Below are positions 55,432 to 64,000 of a DNA stretch of 64,000 bases, in pieces. Each line of letters begins with the position of its first letter. The stretch's first letter is position 1. Source of the DNA: a phage. Location of the stretch: the NCBI GenBank assembly GCA_033664045.1, contig GCA_033664045.1_3674.1; one strand, written 5' to 3'. The notes under the pieces were generated by a model that saw nothing but the letters and a program-made list of their open reading frames with translations, was not told the DNA's origin and ran no database searches. A program made the position numbers and the translations under genes.

Positions 55432-56475
55432 ATGACTAAACCAGTTATCCCTCTTGATATTTGGGCCAATCAGGATGTTGTGCTTGAAAATACGGGAGAA
55501 TTGAATAAGTCCCAACCAAAAAAAGAAGAGAGATTGAAAGGTTGGGATATGACACAAAGAGTGGCATGTGAAGTTGTTAACTTTGAACTTCACATGCTTT
55601 CTGCGTGGTTAAAGCATTTAACAGAAGATGTTGTCCCAGGATGGGATAATAGATTCTTAAGGGTCACTAATAATCTGGCAGACGTTCCAGACAAAGCTGC
55701 TGCACGTCAAGTTCTCAATGTATACTCGCCTGAAGAAATGGATGACCTTTATGTTGACAAGGCTGGAGACACAATGATCCAGACTCAAACTTTAGGTCTT
55801 CAAAGAATCGAGTTTGCATCCGCGTCAACAGACAATGCGGCGATATACACCACCATAACTCCAGACAAGACGACAATGGATTTCTGGATTATGGACAACA
55901 TCGGTGGTGCTGACGGCACAGATCTTGATGATCCTTCTCACCAAATAGACGGGTTCCGTTGGAGATTTCAACCTTCTGGTGGGCAGCCTGTGTTTTCGGC
56001 TATGAAGCTCAATGCTATAACTGCCAACCGTGCAAGACTGGCTATCCAAGGGAATCTTGAATGCAACGATGCAAAAAGTTCCTCTGCAAATGCCAATTCG
56101 GTCACGATACCAAGAGCCGCTGTTAACGGACAACAATCCTGCGGAAGCGCTCAAATAGGTGGAAGAGTAGATTGTAACGATAAAACCGCCAGAGGTCAAT
56201 ATGCAACAGTTGGTGGAAGAAACGTGGTCCGCAGGGTAAATGGTAGTAGCGCAGACAGTAGTGGTAACCTTACTATTCCTATGCCTAGTAGGGGTGTTGA
56301 AGATGTAAGGATAGCAAACCGTTTCAGAACCACCTACAGAGAATCAAGAGTATACCCTGGGCATGTAATGTGCTCCGGCAATTACGCCTATAAACACCCG
56401 TATCAGGGCGACTATTGGACTGGAGCTATTCAAAAATTTGTAAACGGTCAATGGATCACCATATCTTATGCTTAA
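55432..56475 (+). CDS. tail fibre protein (paralog B)
   Basis: GDTMIQTQTLGLQRIEF motif and conserved C-terminus IQKFVNGQWITISYA; colinear with 53377 but diverged centrally. Confidence 0.7.
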   Translation: MTKPVIPLDIWANQDVVLENTGELNKSQPKKEERLKGWDMTQRVACEVVNFELHMLSAWLKHLTEDVVPGWDNRFLRVTNNLADVPDKAAARQVLNVYSPEEMDDLYVDKAGDTMIQTQTLGLQRIEFASASTDNAAIYTTITPDKTTMDFWIMDNIGGADGTDLDDPSHQIDGFRWRFQPSGGQPVFSAMKLNAITANRARLAIQGNLECNDAKSSSANANSVTIPRAAVNGQQSCGSAQIGGRVDCNDKTARGQYATVGGRNVVRRVNGSSADSSGNLTIPMPSRGVEDVRIANRFRTTYRESRVYPGHVMCSGNYAYKHPYQGDYWTGAIQKFVNGQWITISYA

Positions 56476-56484
56476 AGAGGGTAA

Positions 56485-56751
56485 ATGAAATTAACTCAGT
56501 TTTTATGGGGACTGGTTGCAGCATCTGATGACCCTACAAAAGTGTCCCAATCTAAGCTATGGTCAAACATAGGCATGGCAGTGATGACTGGGGTTTTTAT
56601 TCATATGGGGTACAATGATACGCTTCCTGAATGGTATGCGTGGATATACGCACCTTCAGTAGCCTGCCCCCAGCTTATTAGCAAATTCATCTCGCTCCGG
56701 TGGGGTTGCCAGCACCCTGACCACGTTAAAAACGAAGAGCAAAAAGCTTAA
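56485..56751 (+). CDS. small two-TM protein, candidate holin
   Basis: Two hydrophobic segments (LTQFLWGLVAAS; NIGMAVMTGVFIHMG) and charged C-terminus KNEEQKA. Confidence 0.3.
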   Translation: MKLTQFLWGLVAASDDPTKVSQSKLWSNIGMAVMTGVFIHMGYNDTLPEWYAWIYAPSVACPQLISKFISLRWGCQHPDHVKNEEQKA

Positions 56752-56760
56752 GGAGAAATC

Positions 56761-58506
56761 ATGGCGCAAGACATGACAAGCTTCGAGCAGGCGGTAGATC
56801 AAGTAATTGTTGATTCTGAACGTTTGCACTTGATTGTCAACGGTAACGCTGTGGATGAAGTTGTCGTAGAGGATGGGACCACCATCCCTACGGTACGAAA
56901 AGCCATGCTTGACACCCTTTATTTTAAAACGCCACCAATCCCTTGGGCGTATGGTGCATCCACAACAGTTTTTAACCAGTTGTATGAGTTTAAAGGGGAT
57001 ACAGGCCCTCAGTGGTGGTACGCCCCAGCAGCATCAAAATCTAACCCGGTTAGGATGCCAGCAGATCCTTCACAATCTCCGAACTGGAGATTATATACCG
57101 ATTCTGCAGTAATGGCAAAATACTACGCAAAACTTAACAGCCCAAGATTCGAAGGTGACCCGCGAGTACCTACACCTCCAATGGACGATAAGTCCGAGTC
57201 TATAGCAAACACAGAGTTTGTTGTGGACTATGTGGATAGCATATTTAAAGCCATGGAGGGGATGAAAGTTACTGTAGGGTCTTTGGTGGTAAAAGGTCTT
57301 ACAGAACTTGCTAACACCATAGTTGGTGGCACCCTTACCTTACACGGGCCTGTTAATGGAGCGGATTCTACTGCACGCTTCAGGAACCTAATCCTTACTG
57401 CAAATACTTCTACACTGACTTTTGCGTGGAGCGATCCTAAGCATGCAGACTGGAGAAGCACAGAGCTGCAACCTCATGAAGTAGCCACCCACAGAGTTAT
57501 AGCTGACACTATAACTTCTGGGAAACCAGTGGCTAATAACAACGATGTGCATTTTGATGGTCTAGGTAATAACTTTTTTGACTACGTGTACATTCGTGGT
57601 AATGCCATGAAGGCAGCAACCGAACCGACATTGCAGGTTGATGGGACCACCAGGGTTAAGAACCTTGAGGTGACAGGTACCGTTACAGGGATAACCTACT
57701 CTGTAGATGGCACCATGATCTACCCTAGCTATATTGAAAGCACGGGAGATGCACTGATCAATGGAGATTTAGAGGTTGGCGGATCTATAGTCATTCGTGG
57801 CACAGCATCCGTCCAGAACATATCTTTAAATACTCTGCGGGTGAATGAGCGTGCCACTTTTGAAGGAGAAGGGCTTACAGCCAACAAAGGTGCAATTACC
57901 GAGCTGACAACCACTACTCTAACTGCAACAACTGCAAACTCTGAAAACTGCAACGTTACCCGAAACTTGCAGGTAAATGGAGATGTTAGTTTAAACGCAG
58001 CAGGGACGGGCACCACCTACCTTCACAACCTTGAAATATCCGGCACAGTGACTGGGTGGCTGCCAGACTTCTCTAATGTCAACTTTGTTTGTAATGGCAT
58101 TAACTCCAGCGGTAAGATAACCACCTCTCAAGAAATTGAGGCGGGTAAAACCATTACTGCCCCTACTTTCCACGCAGGAAAGGTAGATTTTGATTTAGAG
58201 GAGGTTGACGCGTCCAGTGGGACATGGACACCTAACGGGCAGGCCAGTATGTATGTTGTCCACGCTAAAGGGGATTTTACAATAGGTCAGTGGCCTGGGA
58301 CATCAGCGGAAGATAAACCTTATCCATTCACTGCAGTTATCTATGTCATTCAGGATGCTGTAGGTCACAACGTGACTTTGCACGATAAGTATGCTATCCT
58401 GTCGGCAACACCTGTTATTAACAACAAGGCTAACAGTGTTACCTTGCTGCAATTAACGTATTGTGGTGTTGGTGATATCGTAGACGTAGTAATTGCACAA
58501 CGTTAA
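56761..58506 (+). CDS. tail fibre/spike protein
   Basis: 581 aa, threonine/glycine/asparagine-rich beta-type repeats typical of fibre shafts. Confidence 0.5.
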   Translation: MAQDMTSFEQAVDQVIVDSERLHLIVNGNAVDEVVVEDGTTIPTVRKAMLDTLYFKTPPIPWAYGASTTVFNQLYEFKGDTGPQWWYAPAASKSNPVRMPADPSQSPNWRLYTDSAVMAKYYAKLNSPRFEGDPRVPTPPMDDKSESIANTEFVVDYVDSIFKAMEGMKVTVGSLVVKGLTELANTIVGGTLTLHGPVNGADSTARFRNLILTANTSTLTFAWSDPKHADWRSTELQPHEVATHRVIADTITSGKPVANNNDVHFDGLGNNFFDYVYIRGNAMKAATEPTLQVDGTTRVKNLEVTGTVTGITYSVDGTMIYPSYIESTGDALINGDLEVGGSIVIRGTASVQNISLNTLRVNERATFEGEGLTANKGAITELTTTTLTATTANSENCNVTRNLQVNGDVSLNAAGTGTTYLHNLEISGTVTGWLPDFSNVNFVCNGINSSGKITTSQEIEAGKTITAPTFHAGKVDFDLEEVDASSGTWTPNGQASMYVVHAKGDFTIGQWPGTSAEDKPYPFTAVIYVIQDAVGHNVTLHDKYAILSATPVINNKANSVTLLQLTYCGVGDIVDVVIAQR

Positions 58507-58515
58507 TATATCTAA

Positions 58516-58540
58516 CCGCTCCTGACGGGGCGGTTTTCTT
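58516..58540 (+). terminator. rho-independent terminator
   Basis: CCGCTCC-tgac-GGGGCGG followed by TTTTCTT. Confidence 0.65.
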
Positions 58541-58554
58541 ATCTGGAGAACACA

Positions 58555-61500
58555 ATGCTTCCAATCCCTTTGCTAAAACTTGGTCGTCATTTCCTCGATA
58601 AGAGGGGTGGAATTAAGGAACTTGCTGTTCTGTCATACCCAATAGACAACAGTGATGGCACAAGCACTACAGTACCCTATGTAAATAGCTTAGCTATACT
58701 TTTTGATGATGGTCAACTTAATATCACGGGCTATAACAGGTTCGGAGAGTGCCGCACTGGGGATCTTGACACGATAAACTACCCCAACGAGGCTGCCTGG
58801 AACGTTGATCATGTGTGGAGAGCAGACCGCGCGTTTGTGATCCGAACTTTTGATAACCAGTTTTTCTACATCGGCTGCACTGCAGGGCTTATCGGGTCTG
58901 ATGCTGCAGGCGGTAATGATGTTTGTGTAAGAGAGTGGACACCTCTCCCTGAACAGATTGTTAAAGGGTTGCACCTTGACACACACCCAGAGCGCCTTGT
59001 TGAGGTGATGGGTGGTATTAACAACACTATTTGGGTTATTGCAGAGGCAGAAGGCACTGGCATACTGAATCTGTATGGATCTGGTAACAACACCTACGGA
59101 TCTTTGCATGTAGATAAAAACCAGCATGCAACTCCTGTAAAGATTGGTGAAACATCGGAAAATCCTGAAACAGGTCCTTGGAAAAACCCAAGCATCAACT
59201 GCGAGGTGCATGACAACTCTGTTATTTTCGGCGGTCCTAGAGGTTTCTGGATTGCTGGATACGACTTTCTGAGAAACAACAGTAGAAACGACCTTGTTTG
59301 GCCTCCTGTGCAGATTACTCGTAACGATTTGAGAGGCATTCCTGCAGATGAGGAGTGGAAAGGGTTTATGTGTGGTCCTAACGGGGCAATAATTGCCACA
59401 CAGAGGATGCACAAACCCAATGACCAGCAGCTTGTTAACGTATTCTACGGGCAAGACGTCTGGGGAGATGACACATGGCGTTCCTTAAATATCACCTACA
59501 CTCATGAGGTGATAATGGCTCGTGGATACGGCACAAGTGGCATTTTCTTCAATAATGGCACTAAGCAGTATCGTGGATTCTCTCGCAACTTGTGTAATGA
59601 TATTGGTGCACAATCTGCAAACAATAGCCCTAGGGCTAATTTTATTCACTATCAGGCTCTGGCTACGGCTAAATACGTCGAGCAACGTCTGCCAGTTAGC
59701 TGGACAGAGAGTGTTTATTTCCAAGGCATCCACAGAGAAGGTTTCTTAGGGACCTTTACTGTTGTTAATGGCAAACTTTGGTGGTCAGGCATCCCAAGGG
59801 GGAGTTTTGCAGGCTCTAACAACCTGTTTGGCGGCAGACTTAATAGTCAGGGGTTCACAGAGGTTCCTGAGAATTGGTATAAAAATGTCCCGGTAGACAG
59901 TTGGGGTGTTGATGATATTTTCGACGTTAACGGTGTTAGCAGCGTTAGCAATATTTACATTGGTGACACGGTCAAGATGAAATTGAAGCCTCAGCCAGAG
60001 GGAGCTACGTTCATTATTGACAAGATTGAACTGGTAAATGCTGCAGGTACGGTTGTTACAGATGCAAATTACCAATTCTCCACCAACTGGAACCACGGCG
60101 GGGCCAACGAGGTTGTTGTTACCCAGTATAACAGAAATGTTAACAGACGTGGCCTGTACTCTGTAAAAATAACCTATCATGACAAGCATGGCACAGGCAG
60201 AACCCATACGACAAGAACTTTGAACTGGAACACCATAGTTCCTGCGTATCCGTCCAACGGCAAGTGGCATACTGTCGGTAGAAACAAACAGTTCCATGTC
60301 AACGATACTGTATACTTCGGGCTTAACGCAGCTCAACCTGTTGTAGAAGGCGATACATCGTATATGGTACGACTCCATAGAATGGATGCCGGGTCTGTAA
60401 CCTACGATGTGACTCAAGAGATCTACGATCAGAGACGTACTACGTATGACAATGTTGTGAAAACACAAGCCTTGTGGGAGTTCAACCCTAACGGCAGAGG
60501 CGGTAAAATGTTGCAGGTCAACGAGCAAAACGGAACATCGTTGACTGTCCATGAGCATCCAGATCCTTGGCCTGATCCTGGAAAACCTAACTCTGGTGCT
60601 CGTACACTGAAAATTGTCAGCCATGATGCAGGATATTTCGGAATACGCTGGGAAGCTACAGTAAGATATGCCGACGGGACAACAAACAACATAGGGATTA
60701 CACTTGGCGGCACTAGTGAAGATAACTCACTGAAAATTGCCTACACCCCTAGAGGCATCTCTATTGACAATATGGATGTTGTTCGCAACGGTTACGGCGA
60801 TGTGAATGTCAAAGTTACTCTTGGCGAACATCTTGGTGGGGAAAGGATCATCATGTATGCCTTTGATCATGACCCTCGCACCAACGGAACCTATGCAGAC
60901 CAGGCGTGGAGTTACCTGATAAGCGCACCTGAGCCAAATACTAAAGAATTCTACTACGGTATGAAGCGAGATGTGTGCAAGAAAACAGGGACACATGACT
61001 GGATTGCGATCTGTGTTAAAGATGAACGCACCGCTTGGAACGAGCCTGTTAACAGATGGTTCATAGGTATTCCCACCCGAAGTGATAAATACGTTGAAGA
61101 ATATATTGTGTGCATGGGCGGCACCAACCTTAATATGTGTTGGAACGAGGATGCAAACAACAAATACTCTGATTATGACTATATGCGGGACTATTCTTGC
61201 AATCAGTGGTTTAACCAACCTGGATATGCTGATCGACAGGCAAGAGTGAATCCTGCAATCTTCACAGATACTCAGGTTTTCTTGACAAAACAGGCTAACG
61301 AGGTTCAGACCTTCAAGAACAAATATGACCCTAACAAGTGGTTTTATAACTGTTATGGCGCATTTTTCTGGGGCCCAGGGGAACTACCTGGTGGTGGGTC
61401 TTGCTTCGAGGCTGCAACTTACGCCAGTGACAGATTCATGGGGCAGGTCAAGAAGTACAAGATAATTCCAGGGCCTGAAACTTTGGGTAATGCTGTTGAT

Positions 61501-64000
61501 CCTTACATCATCATGACCGTACTAAGATCGAACATGGACGGAACATCCATATCTATGCAGGTTCCGATAACAAACGGCTACAAGCGTGTTGTGATGATCA
61601 TTAAGTGCGACTTAATAGGTAAGCAAGTTCTTGCAGAAAACGGAACCTCAACACATTTATTTGAGACTGCTCTGCACTATCAGTTTGCTGATTCACCTTT
61701 TGCAGGGGATAAGAGAATATCAGATACAGACACTGCGCGGTGCAAAAAATTTATGCTTGGCGGCGGATGGTGGTGGTATGAATTTGATTTAACAGACAAA
61801 TTCACCGACACATCTAAAGTGGTGACAGGACTTCGTCTAGACCTGGGTGAGAACATGCATAAAAGTGTTTGTGATGGCACCTACGGTGATCCTACGGTAT
61901 ACTTGAAGTATGTCTCTTTTGAGCACCCTGAAGATGTTGTTTATGGTCCAAAACTGAGGCTGTTTGGCAATTGGATTGCTAAAGACAGAGAAGGGATGGG
62001 TAGGAAGGTAAGAGGCTTCTTGGTCGATGCTGGCACAGAGGATATGCTGGTGAATGCGGTGTGGCCTGAATTACCGGGAACTCAGTGGGACAATTCTGCT
62101 AAGTCTATAAACTGGTTCAATATCCACAGAGCTATGTGGGCAACTAACTGCTATCTGTGGAAAGAGTTGAATGACGGCGCTTTCGGGTTTACTGGTGGCA
62201 GAAGAATGGCAATCATTTGCTGGACAACGCTGCAGAGATGTTATGACCATGACTATGAGATTGGAGGCAGGGCATGGAAAAATATAAGGGATAGAATCAT
62301 AACTAACTTTGCAGATCCTAACGGTGGCGGGGCGTATGGTTTCGACTGCAGCAGGCTTATCCATTTGAACGGATCTTCGGCCTATAAGAAAGAAGGCTAC
62401 TCTGGGTCCATGATTGAATGGGGCTTGGTAAAAGATTCTCGTGTGTTGATGGGTCAGCAACTTGCTGCTGCAATAGGACCGAACGCAGTACAATCTGTTA
62501 AACCAGCATGGTTCGATATCCCATTATGGTCCTCTGGAACACCAGGAACTGCTGCAATCAACCCTACCACTGGGGATCTGGAAATCTCCTGGGAGGACCT
62601 GAAGCAGGTCGGTGGCTGGGATAAGACAGGGTACCAGGTGCAATGGTGGAGATCTGACGGATCGTTAGCGGCTGATGAGTTTGTTAGGGACAATTTCTAC
62701 ACTATGTCCTCTGCAAAAGCACAGCAATTATTTGGTCAGGCAACTCCGTCAACGATCACCATGTCTATGTGCTGTAAAGACAACAGGACTGGAGCTTTGG
62801 GACCAAGGGTTGCTAAGGTTTTCTCAGGTATTAAATGGAATCTTCCTGTTCAAAGTGTTGCATGGAAGCAAATAGGTGATAACAAGCTGCTGGTTACCCC
62901 TGCTTGTCAGTTCAACGCAACTCTTAACGTTGATCCTGCTGTTGCGGCAAACTCAGCTAAAGCTTCTGACTTCTCTGTGTCTAACGCTGCTATGGCAGAT
63001 GTGAGGAAGATTGACACACTGAACGCCAGAATTACCTGTAAAAACACTTATGGTACATTCCAGATCATCAACAACTTCACAGATACTGATTCTAAGGTAG
63101 TGAGGACAGCAAGCCAGACTCTGAGTTTAGGAACTCTGGCATACTCTGCCCTAATCACTGAACAGTCCTCTACCCTTCAGGGTGGGGGTGTTGGTAAGTT
63201 GATCACAACCCCTGTGTGGAAGCCAAATGAGTGGGTTGTATTCGATTTGACTGTGGACTTCTCCAGTGATAATAACTGGACATGGGTAAGGAATTGCTTG
63301 TCACAGTTGATGGGCGGTCCAAGCTCCATTAGCGATAGTCACGACTCTACTGACCCGAGCGTGTTCCAGGTGGGTAAAACTCACCCAGAGACTGGAGAAA
63401 CGTTGCCTGACAGGAAGTATGCTTTGGTTTGCATCTCCAACGGCAAGGCAGATGTCACATTCTCAGGCACACACGCTTATAACGGTACATATAACTTCTC
63501 AAGGAAGTATAGTCTCAAAGCAGGTAACATTATAGACGAGGTTGGTGTGCTGTATAATCCGGGCAACGGCATAGGGATTGTGGGCGGTAAACTGCAGATG
63601 CAGGAACCTTCTATCACCCCTTCCAACGTATCCGGGATTAGAAAGACTTGGGAAAGTAGTAATACCAACATTGCAACAGTGGATGCCACCACAGGGCTGG
63701 TAACATTTAAAGCTACTGGGAATGTCACCATAAAGTTTGTAGTTACAGATGATGCAGGCCGCAAAACGTCTTCAACATCGTTTACTGTCAGGCAGATGGC
63801 ACCTCAGTGGTTTATTTGGGAAGGAAATCCTCTTGACGGGGCTTATCCTAGACCTGCAGGAACGTCCAATATGAGGGTCTTTACCGGTCCGGTCATGAAC
63901 AATCCGACCACAACCACCAACCCTACATTTTTTGGTGCTTACATACCTGAAATTATTGGCCTACCAAGGAACCAGATACAACTGCTTTTCGGAGCAGGTG
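58555..64000 (+). CDS. giant virion-surface protein (>1800 aa, partial) with Ig-like (Big_2-type) domain
   Basis: ATG 58555 after GGAGA; hand translation found no in-frame stop to the window end; near 63.6 kb reads ISGIRKTWESSNTNIATVDATTGLVTFKATGNVTIKFVVTDDAGRKTSSTSF, an Ig-like pattern. Confidence 0.6.
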   Translation, partial: MLPIPLLKLGRHFLDKRGGIKELAVLSYPIDNSDGTSTTVPYVNSLAILFDDGQLNITGYNRFGECRTGDLDTINYPNEAAWNVDHVWRADRAFVIRTFDNQFFYIGCTAGLIGSDAAGGNDVCVREWTPLPEQIVKGLHLDTHPERLVEVMGGINNTIWVIAEAEGTGILNLYGSGNNTYGSLHVDKNQHATPVKIGETSENPETGPWKNPSINCEVHDNSVIFGGPRGFWIAGYDFLRNNSRNDLVWPPVQITRNDLRGIPADEEWKGFMCGPNGAIIATQRMHKPNDQQLVNVFYGQDVWGDDTWRSLNITYTHEVIMARGYGTSGIFFNNGTKQYRGFSRNLCNDIGAQSANNSPRANFIHYQALATAKYVEQRLPVSWTESVYFQGIHREGFLGTFTVVNGKLWWSGIPRGSFAGSNNLFGGRLNSQGFTEVPENWYKNVPVDSWGVDDIFDVNGVSSVSNIYIGDTVKMKLKPQPEGATFIIDKIELVNAAGTVVTDANYQFSTNWNHGGANEVVVTQYNRNVNRRGLYSVKITYHDKHGTGRTHTTRTLNWNTIVPAYPSNGKWHTVGRNKQFHVNDTVYFGLNAAQPVVEGDTSYMVRLHRMDAGSVTYDVTQEIYDQRRTTYDNVVKTQALWEFNPNGRGGKMLQVNEQNGTSLTVHEHPDPWPDPGKPNSGARTLKIVSHDAGYFGIRWEATVRYADGTTNNIGITLGGTSEDNSLKIAYTPRGISIDNMDVVRNGYGDVNVKVTLGEHLGGERIIMYAFDHDPRTNGTYADQAWSYLISAPEPNTKEFYYGMKRDVCKKTGTHDWIAICVKDERTAWNEPVNRWFIGIPTRSDKYVEEYIVCMGGTNLNMCWNEDANNKYSDYDYMRDYSCNQWFNQPGYADRQARVNPAIFTDTQVFLTKQANEVQTFKNKYDPNKWFYNCYGAFFWGPGELPGGGSCFEAATYASDRFMGQVKKYKIIPGPETLGNAVDPYIIMTVLRSNMDGTSISMQVPITNGYKRVVMIIKCDLIGKQVLAENGTSTHLFETALHYQFADSPFAGDKRISDTDTARCKKFMLGGGWWWYEFDLTDKFTDTSKVVTGLRLDLGENMHKSVCDGTYGDPTVYLKYVSFEHPEDVVYGPKLRLFGNWIAKDREGMGRKVRGFLVDAGTEDMLVNAVWPELPGTQWDNSAKSINWFNIHRAMWATNCYLWKELNDGAFGFTGGRRMAIICWTTLQRCYDHDYEIGGRAWKNIRDRIITNFADPNGGGAYGFDCSRLIHLNGSSAYKKEGYSGSMIEWGLVKDSRVLMGQQLAAAIGPNAVQSVKPAWFDIPLWSSGTPGTAAINPTTGDLEISWEDLKQVGGWDKTGYQVQWWRSDGSLAADEFVRDNFYTMSSAKAQQLFGQATPSTITMSMCCKDNRTGALGPRVAKVFSGIKWNLPVQSVAWKQIGDNKLLVTPACQFNATLNVDPAVAANSAKASDFSVSNAAMADVRKIDTLNARITCKNTYGTFQIINNFTDTDSKVVRTASQTLSLGTLAYSALITEQSSTLQGGGVGKLITTPVWKPNEWVVFDLTVDFSSDNNWTWVRNCLSQLMGGPSSISDSHDSTDPSVFQVGKTHPETGETLPDRKYALVCISNGKADVTFSGTHAYNGTYNFSRKYSLKAGNIIDEVGVLYNPGNGIGIVGGKLQMQEPSITPSNVSGIRKTWESSNTNIATVDATTGLVTFKATGNVTIKFVVTDDAGRKTSSTSFTVRQMAPQWFIWEGNPLDGAYPRPAGTSNMRVFTGPVMNNPTTTTNPTFFGAYIPEIIGLPRNQIQLLFGAG

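Noticed and set aside
37058-58506. Diversity-generating retroelement targeting the fibre genes
   Set aside because: No reverse transcriptase ORF and no template/variable repeat pair with adenine-specific differences were seen in the window.
1-64000. Prophage or integrative element (integrase, repressor, att sites)
   Set aside because: No tyrosine or serine recombinase motifs, no CI/Cro-like pair and no flanking direct repeats were seen. The gene content looks lytic.

Overview
This window looks like a virulent tailed dsDNA phage genome segment; no integrase, repressor or attachment-site signals were seen. All calls come from reading the sequence and the supplied ORF translations by eye; no database search, covariance model or GC/codon computation was run. 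Layout: (1) 1-10.9 kb, minus strand: an early nucleic-acid metabolism block (partial N6-adenine methyltransferase, DnaQ-like exonuclease, endonuclease VII-like, RuvC-like resolvase, FEN-type 5'-3' exonuclease, lambda R-type endolysin, ATP-dependent DNA ligase, MazG-like, sirtuin-like, Rnl2-like RNA ligase). (2) 11.0-12.0 kb, plus strand, divergent: a P-loop polynucleotide-kinase-like gene and a metallophosphoesterase, which with the RNA ligase form a candidate RNA healing-and-sealing cassette. (3) 12.0-14.9 kb: an HTH-like gene followed by four helically phased palindromic repeats, an AT-rich palindromic tract and a GC-rich segment, then small early ORFs with sigma70-like promoters. (4) 14.9-15.7 kb: six canonical tRNAs plus one aberrant tRNA-like gene. 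(5) 16.1-19.7 kb: a spanin pair and a terminase large subunit gene split into three exons by two group I introns, the second carrying an HNH homing endonuclease. (6) 19.8-64 kb: portal, scaffold, lambda D/E-like head genes, putative sheath and tube, a tail chaperone with a -1 frameshift site, tape measure, baseplate proteins and at least six fibre/spike genes, ending in a >1800-codon ORF that runs off the window. Family placement (possibly rV5-like) is a guess. The most interesting candidates are the intron-split terminase, the RNA-repair/NAD cluster next to the tRNA genes, and the iteron-plus-AT-rich hub.
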